From: Guillardia theta CCMP2712
Lineage: Eukaryota > Protista > Cryptophyta
Direction: 5' to 3'
Length of the DNA: 64,000 nucleotides
Assembly: GCF_000315625.1 (NCBI RefSeq)
Contig: NW_005434593.1
Location: forward strand, 104,254 to 168,253
Shown: positions 1-13,232 of the stretch, piece after piece
Layout: the number at the start of each line of letters is the position of its first letter
Position numbering within the stretch: position 1 is the first letter of the stretch
Program-made: the position numbers and the translations under genes
Notes under the pieces: generated by a model
Told to the model about the DNA's origin: nothing
Seen by the model: only the letters and a program-made list of their open reading frames with translations
Databases searched by the model: none

Positions 1-27
1 TCCTCCTCCTCCTCCTCCTTTGCTCAG

Positions 28-140
28 TTGAGCTTGTCGTCTCTCCTCCTGAGGTTGCAGCAGGCGAGCATTCGCTACAGCTCGAGGAGGATGCTGGAAG
101 TCGCAGGTCAAGATCTTGGAGTCTACGAGGCATACGCGTG
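28..140 (+). CDS. Probable terminal exon of a gene entering from the left edge (LSLSSLLLRLQQ...VYEAYA*)
   Basis: A pyrimidine tract and CAG acceptor end at 27, followed by an open frame to TGA at 138-140. No recognisable domain. Confidence 0.3.
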
Positions 141-305
141 ATAGGATCCTCTCCCCCTCCCCCTCTTCCTCTACTACCTCAGCCTCTCCCCTTTTATTGT
201 TTACTGGAATATACGTACAATCATGCAGAATCCTCCTCATTCTCGCTTCGGTCCTCCTGCTTCCCTCCCTCCCTCCCTCCCTCCCTCCCTCCCTCCCACC
301 CTCCT

Positions 306-1470
306 CTACAGCAGTGTGAAGGCAGCCTTGTCCGGTGCCTGAGCGGGAGGTTCTTCAAACATTGTCTTGAATTCCTGCCCTGCATCAGCCAACATCTCCT
401 CCTTCTCCCTTCCTCCTCCTTGTCCTCCTTGTTCTTCCACTGCTCTTCTCCCTCCCCTCTCCACGCCTTCCTCTCGCTCATCCTCTTCCTCTCCTTACTT
501 CTAGTCTCTCCCTCTCCCTCTCCTCACCTCGTAGTCGATGAAGCCACTCTGATCCTTGTCGGCCTCCTGCAGCAGAGCCTCGATGTCGATGGTGAGGGAG
601 AACCTCGTGACCTGAGGGGAGGCTGAGGGCGAGCAGAGAAGGGGAGGCAGGATAAGGGAAGGCAGACAACGGGAGGCAGGACAAGGGAGGGGAGGGGAGG
701 GGAGGGGAGGAGCAAGCAGCAGCAGCTTCACCAGGGATCGAAGTCGGTCAGTGTCAACTTGACCGCTCTTGTCTCGGTTGCCTCCCATTGCTGAACGAAA
801 GTCACGAGGGAAGGCGGAGGAACGGAGGGGACAGAGAGAGGGAGGAGGGAGGGAGGGAGAGAGGGAGGAGGGAGGGAGGGAGGGGACGTGGAGAGGGAGG
901 AGAGGTTTGCCTATCCAAGCAGCGATGGTATCAGCTTCGCTACTGTCGTACTCAGACTGCTTCTTGTGTCTGCTGATGATCGAGACGAACTCTGTGAAGT
1001 CTATCGACCCAGACTCATCCGTATCCAGCTCGAGAAACATCTTGGCCATGTCCTGCACCTAGCTGAGCTCCTCCTCCCTCCCCCCCCCATCCTCCTTCCC
1101 CCTTCCTCCTCCTCCTCTTCCACTTCCTCCTGCTCCTCCTGCTCCTCCTCTCGCTTGCCTCATCACTTGGATTCTGACCCATCGCCATCAGCGTCTTCTT
1201 GAGCTCCCAAGGTTCGATGGTGCCTGAGTTGTCAGCGTCTAGAAGCGTGTGAGTGTGTGACTGCAGAAGGATGAACGTAGGAAAGAGAAGGAAGAAACAA
1301 CAAAAACAGATGGAGGGTAAGACAAGACATGTTCAAGAGAATGGCAACATCACTCAGTGAGTGATATCATGATCTCAGGAACATCAAGAGATGTTGACTT
1401 CACCGAACTGTGAGAAAGCTTCTCGGCACTTGGCGAGCTCATCTTCAGTCAGACCGCCGATGCCTCCCAT
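306..1470 (-). CDS. EF-hand calmodulin-like protein, most similar to the flagellar outer-arm dynein 18 kDa light chain (LC4 type); about 6 exons
   Basis: Spliced translation: MGGIGGLTEDELAKCREAFSQF-DADNSGTIEPWELKKTLMAMGQNPSDE-DMAKMFLELDTDESGSIDFTEF...EADTIAAWIAMGGNRDKSGQV...FSLTIDIEALLQEADKDQSGFIDYE-EFKTMF. It has DxDxSGxI EF loops, and the DTxxAxxAxGGNxDKxG segment is typical of LC4. Confidence 0.85.
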
Positions 1471-1989
1471 GTTGCCTCAAGATCACCTCCACTTCCTCTG
1501 CTCTGCTTCGCTCGCCCCTCCCCTTCCCCCTCACCTCTCCTCCTCTTCTCTCTTCTTCTCTCTCCTCCTCTTCTCTCTCCTTCCCTCTCCTCCTCTTCTC
1601 TCTCCTTCCCTCTCCTCTTCTCTTCTTGCTCAGTCGTTCACCAGCTAGCTTACACTGCCTGTCCGTTGAGGTTCACTTGACAACTTTGACAACTTTTTAT
1701 AAGTTCCCCTGCTTGTCGTGCGTGCGGCCGTCGCTTGCGTGGTTGGAGTGCCGGTTTTCGCTGCCTCCTTCGTTTCCTAGTATTTTTATTGAGGCGGGTT
1801 TGTAGGCTTTATCCTCCCCCTCCTTTGTTTGCTCCGGTTTGTCCTTCTTTTTCAGTCAATAAAGAAGATCGATAATTTCAAAAGGTCTCCAACTCGAGTC
1901 CTATGCTGGAGTGACTGGATGTCTTGCTGCCCCTCATCTCGCGGTTCTCTACACTGAGGCGGGTTTGCATAACTAGTCCTTCCTCGCTG

Positions 1990-4138
1990 CTACTTGACCT
2001 GCTTGCCACCGCCTGACTTGCGCGACCTGAGAAGGTCAGCAGCCGTCGGGATTTTCTCAACTGCTCTCCCCGCGTCGCTCCGCTTGTCGTCGCTCTTCTT
2101 GTCCTGCCTCGAGGTGTCTTCCTCCTGCTCAGTCTTGAGCTGCTTGGTGTCAGGCTTAGAGTTTGAGCGAGGAGAACGTCTGGAAGGACTGACGGAGTTT
2201 CTTGTGCTGAGGTCATGTCTAGAAGAGTATGTGTTGTTGTTGTTGCTGCTGCTGCTGTTGATGTTGTTGATGTTGTTGATGTTGTTGATGTTGGTTCGAG
2301 CAGTAGGGCTGATCGGTTGAGGAGAGAGCCATCTCATGCTCTCGAAGTCTCCAGCCAGATCTTTCCAGCTGTGGAGCTCGTCTTCCAAGAGCCTCTGCTT
2401 CTGCCCCTGGTACCACTGCACCTTGTCCGAGCACACTTCGCTCTGCAGGGACCTGCACTGCAGTTCCAGCTGCCGGCACTTCTCCTTCTCTGTCAGCAGG
2501 TCCTGCACCAGATGTTGGAAGCTGTCGATCCGCAGCCTGATGTCCTTGGCAAGCGACTCAACGTCCTGCATCTCCCGTATCCTCTCGCTCAGCGACTCCA
2601 CCTCCCTCTGCAGCGCCGCGTTCTGCACCCTCAGCTCGGTGCTGCCTATGATCGCCGAGTCGTTGGACTGGTTGTGCATGATCGGCGGCTCTAAGGTCGG
2701 CATGAAGGCGCTGTCGACAGGTAGCCGATCGCACATGTAATTGACCTTCTCCTGCAGGGATTGCAGGGCCTCCGACAGCATCTGCATCCCTTCCCCCTCA
2801 GCCTGCGCCGGGCGATCCCGAGGGAAGTCGTCGGGGGAGAGCTGAGAGGGGAGGGAGAGCTTGAGGTCTTGTAGCGCCAGCCTCAAGGTCTCGTCCCGCT
2901 CGATCTGCTTCTGGAGCAGCTCGTTCTCCTTCAACGCCTCTGCTCGACTTCGCTCGAGGTCAGCCACTTGCTGTTGCAGCGCCGAGAGCTGAGCAAGAGA
3001 GGACGAGGCCTCAGCCTCCTTGACGCGGAGATCCTTGCTCAGCGTGTCATTCAGCGAGTCTTTCTCTTGGATCATGGTGAGAAGCCGCTCCCTCTCGCTC
3101 TCCGACTGCTCCATTGACTTGGCTATGTAGGCCTTGAGGTGGTCGAGAGCAGAGACGACCTGTCGGTTCATGTCGGTTGGATCCTGACGGCATCAGTCAG
3201 TCGATAAATGCGATCGCCAAGAGATCAAGTCAAGATGAGACCTGCGAGGCAGCTCGCTCTTGTAGTTTCATGTTCTCTTCATAGGAGTCTTCTAGCTTCT
3301 TTCGTAGGTCAAAGATGGTGGCTTGAAGTTTGTCTTTGGTCTTGCAGCGGAAAGCAACAACTCAGCACAAGTCGCTTGTGAGAGCGGAACAAGTCAAGTC
3401 ACCTTGGTGAACTCATCATGGTTCTTCTGCATGAGGTCCTTTGTCTTCTTGAGGATCTCCTGCATTCGTCTCCCGTCCAGCTGATTCAAGGACCCGCTCA
3501 TCTCAACATCAACCACAAGGTCTTCGTAGTGCTTCTTCGCCTTGAGAGCATCTGTCTCGATCTGGTTGATCTGCTCGATCAACGAAGATATCCTCTGAGA
3601 ACCATTACGTCAACGATGATTGTCAGGTTATGCTCGTTCAACCACCTTGTCTCGTTCCAACACCATGTCTTTCAGCGACTTGTTGTCTCTTGCAAGCTTG
3701 CTGAGGATGAGGGCGTAAGGCTGGGAGGAGGAAGCAGAGCGAAGGACTTCATAGGCCTGTCAGGTGACGTCGGCAAGGGTCTGCGCAAGCAAGCAGCAGT
3801 CTCACTCGCTCTTCGGCGAAGGCGCTGCTTGAGGGCTCGACCACCAGCTTGACGAAGACCGGGTCGCTCACCAGCACTCGAGCCGCTCGCCGCATCTGAA
3901 GGTCTCGCTGGGACTGCAGCTCAGGTGAAAGGTCCAGCTCCTCCCTCTGCTGCCCTCCAGCTCCGTACGGCGTCCGCATGCCCGCGTAGAGGGAGGCTAA
4001 GAAGCTGTCGTCCTTGTTGGTGCGAGGCGAAGCAGGAGGGCTCGGGGTATTCCATGCTCGATCGGGCTTCGTGAACATGTTGTCCCTCCTCGTCGATCCC
4101 GCTGTGCGCTCTACGTTGATGTCCATCCAACTCTTCAT
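1990..4138 (-). CDS. Multi-exon coiled-coil protein of unknown function
   Basis: ORFs 3749-4138, 3394-3582 and 1990-3171 can be joined by short GT-AG introns. The protein is E/Q/L/K heptad-rich with a low-complexity N/S tail. Confidence 0.7.
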
Positions 4139-4390
4139 CCCTGAAGCAAACTGCCTCTCCTCTGCTCTAGTTCGATGAGCTCAATGACATCTATGACGAC
4201 ACTCCTCCTGAAGGTCAAAGTCAAACTTCATCTCATCGTCTTCTGATAGAACAGCAACAAGACGAGTATGTAAACTCTCAAACTTGACCACGTGCTTAAC
4301 CTCAGCCACTGTTCACCTCAACTCATCACCTTCTCCCCTCTTGCTATCCATCCTCCTGTCCTGTCCTTTCAGGCTCCCCTCCTCTCTACT

Positions 4391-5005
4391 CTCTGTCTCT
4401 GTCTCTGTCTCTGTCTCTGTCTCTGTCTCTGTCTCAATCCCTTCCTTACCTCCCTCCCTCTCTGTCTCTCTGTCTCAGTCTCTCTCCTCTCCTGTTCTCC
4501 TGTTCTCTCCTCTCCTGTTCTCTTCTCATCTCTTCTCTGCTCTGCTCTTCTGTCCTCTGCTCTGCTCTTCTCTTCTCTTTTCTTCTCTTCTGTCCTGTCC
4601 TGTCCTGTCCTGCCCTGTTCCCTGCTCTTCTCTTCTCATCTCATCTCATCTCATCTCATCTCATCTCATCTCTTCTCATCTCATCTCACCTCATCTCATC
4701 TCATCTCATCTCATTCTCATCTCATCTCATCGTCATCTCATCTCATCTCATCTCATCTCTTCTCATCTCTTCTCTTCTCTTCTCTTCTCTTCTCTTCTCT
4801 TCTCATCTCATCTCATCTCATCTCATCTCATCTCATCTCATCTCATCTCATCTCATCTCATCTCATCTCATCTCATCTCATCTCATCTCATCTCATCTCA
4901 TCTCATCTCATCTCTTCTCTTCTCATCTCATCTCATCTCATCTCATCTCATCTCATCTCATCTCTTCTCATCTCATCTCTTCTCATCTCATCTCATCTCA
5001 TCTCT
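4391..5005. repeat. Compound microsatellite: (CTCTGT)n, then (TCTCA)n/(TCTCT)n pentamers
   Basis: Directly visible tandem array of about 600 bp between divergent genes. Confidence 0.95.
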
Positions 5006-5289
5006 TCATTTCCTCCGGCAAGTCTCGGCTAGCAAACTTTGCTCGCAACCGTCGGCCCTTACACCTACTACCCCCACGCCCTCTTTCACTGTACTTCTCT
5101 CCTAACTTCACCCCTCCCCTCGCCAATATGTTCTTCCACCCCTCTGTAACGAATGAATTTGACAGGAATATGAGGGGTAGGGTACATCACATAATCGGGG
5201 TGGCCTCATCCATGCCAGGAAATTGTTAGAGAAAGTCCTGCTCCTGCTCCTGCTCCTGCTCCTCCTCCTCCTCCTCCTCCTCCTCCTCC

Positions 5290-5326
<37 letters not shown>

Positions 5327-5573
5327 CTGGCCTTGATCCTCCTCCTGTCTTCATCCTCCTCTGCTCTCTCTCTCATTCTTGACTCTTGTTCCCATCATCC
5401 TCTCTTTGTTCTCCTCGCTGATTCCTGCTCTCATTCCTTGCCATTACTCTCAGTCCTTCCTCTCCCCAAACTGATCTCTTCCCCTGCTTGACCCGCTCTT
5501 ACGTTTCTGTCTCTCCTTCAATTCTCCTGCCCTTTTTTCGCTCTTCGCGTCCCCTGCAGCCTCCGACCTCACC

Positions 5574-6572
5574 ATGAGCTCGTATGCCACTCAGCCTCTT
5601 TTCTCTCAAGCGCTACCAGCCTCCTGCTCGTCTCTTTCCAGCGAATCCTTCTCTTCAACGACCTCCTCGACTTCTCCATCGGCGTTTCCAGTTGACGTGC
5701 TCTCGCGAGCATCCCGTTACCTGTGCTACAGGACGCGAGATGAAGATACCGATGTTGTTCTGGTCTTGGGATGCGGGTCTACTGCCCCTCCGACCCTAGC
5801 GGCTGAACGAGCATACAAGGCCATGCACCGGCAGGAGGAAGAGGCGAGAAAGATGCTGCTGATATTCAGCGGTGGGATCGGGAGGTTTACGAAGAAGCTC
5901 GTGGACATGGTGGAAGAGGAAGGGATGAACGTCAAGAGGACGGAACCATCGATGTCGCCATGCTCAGGCCTTGACGCGAAGGGCGTCTATGTGACACTCG
6001 AGAGCTTGTCGAGTTTGATAGGGGACGAGAAGAAGAAGCTGCTGGTGGACGAGGAGCAAATGATGAGGTACAACAGGACAGGAGGAGAGAAGAGCGAGGT
6101 AGAATCGCTCCTGACCGAGGCCGATATCTTTCTTGAGATCTTCCTCAACAAGCTCAAGGCCTTGTATGGGGACGAGCTCCTCCCTCCGATTCGTCTCTTC
6201 GACAGACACTCCCTCCCCTCCCAACTCATCCTCTCCAAGGGCCTGACCATCCTCGTCGAGTCGGCGAGCACCAACACAGGGGAAAACATCATGTTCTCCC
6301 TGGTGACTCAGCTTCTTGTGTTGGAGGATGAAGATGCTCATGATAGCTTCAGGACATCTTGAAGTCTGCTGGGTTTGACCACAAGGCATACAGGACATGT
6401 CTCATCGATCACCCGTCAGCGCTCTTGGCTCTTTTCATTCTCTTCTTGTAACATCGCCGCAGGCTCCTTCAGAGGAGAGCGTACATGGTGTTCCTCCGTC
6501 ACTTCGGCTTTCATCCCACCTCCTGTCCACCTGAGGTGAGAAGAGAAAATCTTGCTGCTGCCGCCGCCGCCA

Positions 6573-6626
<54 letters not shown>

Positions 6627-6831
6627 ATGATGATTCTGCTGGGAGGCTCTAACGGCCCTGATGCAGTTAAAAGAGGTATCGGACATGTCCGAGGAGGAGA
6701 AGAAAGAGACTCTAGTCACTTGCAGCGGCGAATTCCGGCGCTTGCTCCAGTATTCCAAGCTCGGTTTCTTCGAGCTGCCCGATGACTTCCCGCTCGAGCT
6801 TGCAGAAGAGATGATGTCGCTGCTGCCTTGA
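5574..6831 (+). CDS. DUF218 / YdcF-ElyC family protein (HUP-like fold), multi-exon
   Basis: Motifs occur in family order: VLVLGCG, LIFSGGIGRFT, TEADIF, ILVESASTNTGENIMFS, spliced DHPLLQRRAYMVF, GEFRRLLQY. Stop TGA at 6829-6831. Confidence 0.8.
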
Positions 6832-6903
6832 GCGGGAGCTACGAGTCGACCGACGTGTCATGTTGTGTATCGTTGAAGTGAGATGCTTGCAACTGTGTGA
6901 GCA

Positions 6904-10063
<3,160 letters not shown>

Positions 10064-10292
10064 GCATTTGCTCTCGTCAGCGCTGCTCTATGTACTCTCC
10101 ACGCTCTCCTCCTCCTCCTCTTCCTCCTCCTCGTCCTCCTCCTCCTCTCTGTTGCCTCTTTCTCCCTTCCCCTAAACACTCCTTTCCTCCCTGTCCTCCT
10201 GCTACTGATGATTTTAATCTTGTCCCTGCCGCCCTTCCTGATCTTCTTTCTCCTCCTGCCAAATTCTGCCCAGCCTGCTCCTGCTGCTCCTG

Positions 10293-10338
<46 letters not shown>

Positions 10339-10546
10339 CTCATCCTGCCTCGTACCTCCTACCTCCTCCTCTTCCTCCTCCTCCTCCTCCTCCTCCTCCT
10401 CCTTCGAATCTTCTACCACCCTGCCGAGCTCATGTTCCAAGCGTGAGTTTTACAGTGTAAAAAAAACCAACGGGCCGGCCCGGCTGTTGCCGGCAGCCCG
10501 AGTGAGGCACTGAGAAATGAAAGTCGAGGTACTATTGGTTTAAAAA

Positions 10547-10958
10547 TCTTTTTTTCTCAAAGTTAAGTTAAAAATCAGTACGAGGACAATGTTGTTTTAG
10601 TTAATAATAATTCACTACTGTGTGCTGAGTCATGATCGCCGATACCGGTACTTGATGGGGTGAATTGGGGGGTGGGGGTAGCGATGCGCTCACTATGACC
10701 GCCGCCACCTTTGCGGATGTTGCTGCACTTGAGCTTGCACCGAGCACGTGGGCGATTTGTACCGGCTCTTGGCACTTGGTACTAACTTCGTGGGCAATTT
10801 GTACCAGCTCGTGGCACTTTGTACTAACTTCCTGAAGAAGCTGACTTATTTGTACCACGAGCACTGGATCTCAATCGCCGATTCGTACTAGAAATCGAGT
10901 ATTGCTGAGAGTGACAGGTACAGATATTAGTACCTGATTTATATAAATTTTGTACTAG
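10547..10958 (+). mobile_element. Candidate non-autonomous Helitron-like element
   Basis: A|TC at 10547 and CTAG|T at 10955-10959. A CAGGTAC-N8-GTACCTG hairpin at 10915-10936 lies just before the CTAG. There are internal tandem repeats, and the 5' part recurs at 24602. Confidence 0.3.
10750..10833. repeat. Two 42-bp tandem units, each made of two related 21-bp GTAC-containing subunits
   Basis: gggcgatttgtaccggctcttggcacttggtactaacttcgt / gggcaatttgtaccagctcgtggcactttgtactaacttcct. Confidence 0.85.
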
Positions 10959-11163
10959 TGAAGATGCAACTTTCGGCCACAGGTGTGCTGGATTTGGGAA
11001 CATGGTACCCCTAACCCCCCCTTATGACCACAAAGGTACGGGTGAGTGAGATTAGAGGGTGGATTATAAGATTTTCGGGGGATGTTTCCCTCTTCCACCC
11101 CTGCTCTGGAAAGAGGGGTCCTAGCAACACGACTATCTGTTCTCCCGCCCGATCCCCACCAGT

Positions 11164-11370
11164 CTCTCCTCTCCTCTCCTCTCCTCTCCTCTCCTCTCCT
11201 CTCCTCTCCTCTCCTCTCCTCTCCTCTCCTCTCTCCTCTCCTCTCTCCTCTCCTCTCCTCTCCTCTCCTCTCTCCTCTCCTCTCCTCTCCTGTCCTCTCC
11301 TGTCCTGTCCTCTCCTCTCCTCTCCTCTCCTCTCCTCTCCTCTCCTCTCCTCTCCTCTCCTCTCCTCTCC
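11164..11370. repeat. (CTCTC)n pentamer microsatellite
   Basis: Directly visible. A similar array lies at about 12784-13058, on the other side of the gap. Confidence 0.95.
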
Positions 11371-11450
11371 TCCCTTCCCCTCCTGCTCTCTGCTCTCCTC
11401 TTCTGCCCTCTGTCTCCACATCCGCCTCCTTGTCTTACTTCTCGTCGCAG

Positions 11451-11642
11451 AATCGCGTCAGGAAAGTGGTCGACTGCATGTTCCAGCAGGAGCAGGAGCA
11501 CTTCCTCCGCTCGGGTCTCGACAGCCGCCAGACTCAGGTGGAAGGCAGCTGGGAGGTGGGAAGGAGCTGAGCACGTGCTGGTCAGGTCAAGATGAAGTCA
11601 CTTGCCATGGCGCTTCTAGAGCTGGGACATCACTTCAAGCAG
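11451..11642 (+). CDS. Possible two-exon coding fragment (NRVRKVVDCMFQQEQEHFLRSGLDSRQTQ-VKMKSLAMALLELGHHFKQ), cut by the assembly gap
   Basis: CAG acceptors and GT donors flank non-repetitive, in-frame sequence embedded in microsatellite. Confidence 0.3.
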
Positions 11643-11790
11643 GTGAGCTGCTGTGACTCGAAGTTGGGTCCTTGTTCCTCTGCTCTGCTCTGCTCTGCTC
11701 TGCTCTGCTCTCTGCTCTTGCCTATTCTTCTGTCGTCTCTGCTCAGCTCTTGTCTTCGTCCTCAATTCACCTCTCCTCTCTTCTCGTCCT

Positions 11791-12783
11791 NNNNNNNNNN
11801 NNNNNNNNNNNNNNNNNNNNNNNNNNNNNNNNNNNNNNNNNNNNNNNNNNNNNNNNNNNNNNNNNNNNNNNNNNNNNNNNNNNNNNNNNNNNNNNNNNNN
11901 NNNNNNNNNNNNNNNNNNNNNNNNNNNNNNNNNNNNNNNNNNNNNNNNNNNNNNNNNNNNNNNNNNNNNNNNNNNNNNNNNNNNNNNNNNNNNNNNNNNN
12001 NNNNNNNNNNNNNNNNNNNNNNNNNNNNNNNNNNNNNNNNNNNNNNNNNNNNNNNNNNNNNNNNNNNNNNNNNNNNNNNNNNNNNNNNNNNNNNNNNNNN
12101 NNNNNNNNNNNNNNNNNNNNNNNNNNNNNNNNNNNNNNNNNNNNNNNNNNNNNNNNNNNNNNNNNNNNNNNNNNNNNNNNNNNNNNNNNNNNNNNNNNNN
12201 NNNNNNNNNNNNNNNNNNNNNNNNNNNNNNNNNNNNNNNNNNNNNNNNNNNNNNNNNNNNNNNNNNNNNNNNNNNNNNNNNNNNNNNNNNNNNNNNNNNN
12301 NNNNNNNNNNNNNNNNNNNNNNNNNNNNNNNNNNNNNNNNNNNNNNNNNNNNNNNNNNNNNNNNNNNNNNNNNNNNNNNNNNNNNNNNNNNNNNNNNNNN
12401 NNNNNNNNNNNNNNNNNNNNNNNNNNNNNNNNNNNNNNNNNNNNNNNNNNNNNNNNNNNNNNNNNNNNNNNNNNNNNNNNNNNNNNNNNNNNNNNNNNNN
12501 NNNNNNNNNNNNNNNNNNNNNNNNNNNNNNNNNNNNNNNNNNNNNNNNNNNNNNNNNNNNNNNNNNNNNNNNNNNNNNNNNNNNNNNNNNNNNNNNNNNN
12601 NNNNNNNNNNNNNNNNNNNNNNNNNNNNNNNNNNNNNNNNNNNNNNNNNNNNNNNNNNNNNNNNNNNNNNNNNNNNNNNNNNNNNNNNNNNNNNNNNNNN
12701 NNNNNNNNNNNNNNNNNNNNNNNNNNNNNNNNNNNNNNNNNNNNNNNNNNNNNNNNNNNNNNNNNNNNNNNNNNNNNNNNNNN
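11791..12783. other. Assembly gap (N run). Further 100-N gaps at 30648-30747 and 47752-47851
   Basis: N characters in the sequence. Confidence 1.
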
Positions 12784-13232
12784 CTCTCCTGTCCTGTCTC
12801 TCCTCTCTCTCCTCTCTCTCCTCTCCTCTCCTCTCCTGTCCTCTCCTCTCCTCTCCTCTCCTCTCCTGTCCTCTCCTGTCCTCTCCTGTCCTCTCCCTGT
12901 CCTCTCCTGTCCTCTCCTCTCCTCTCCTCTCCTCTCCTCTCCTCTCCTCTCCTCTCCTTGGCTTGTCTTGTCCTGTCCTCTCCTCTCCTCTCCTCTCCTC
13001 TCCTCTCCTCTCCTCTCCTCTCCTCTCCTCTCCTCTCCTCTCCTCTCCTCTCCTCTCCTGGGCTACCTTCTATCCATTTATCTCTCCTTCTTTTCTCTTC
13101 TCTCCTCTCCTGTTCCCTCCTCTCACTTGATCTCTTCTGTTCTCTCCTTTTGCTCTATTTAGTTCACCTTATGCCAACCATGCTTGTTTCTAGACATGAT
13201 AATTTTTGTTACAGGCACTTCAAAAACTTAAG

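Noticed and set aside
4284-5105. ORFs of SSHLI repeats, and similar EERRG, CCAVL and poly-Q/S/A ORFs elsewhere
   Set aside because: These are translations of microsatellites that happen to lack stop codons.
10750-10860. Possible CRISPR-like array
   Set aside because: The units are contiguous with no unique spacers, the context is eukaryotic, and there are no cas genes.
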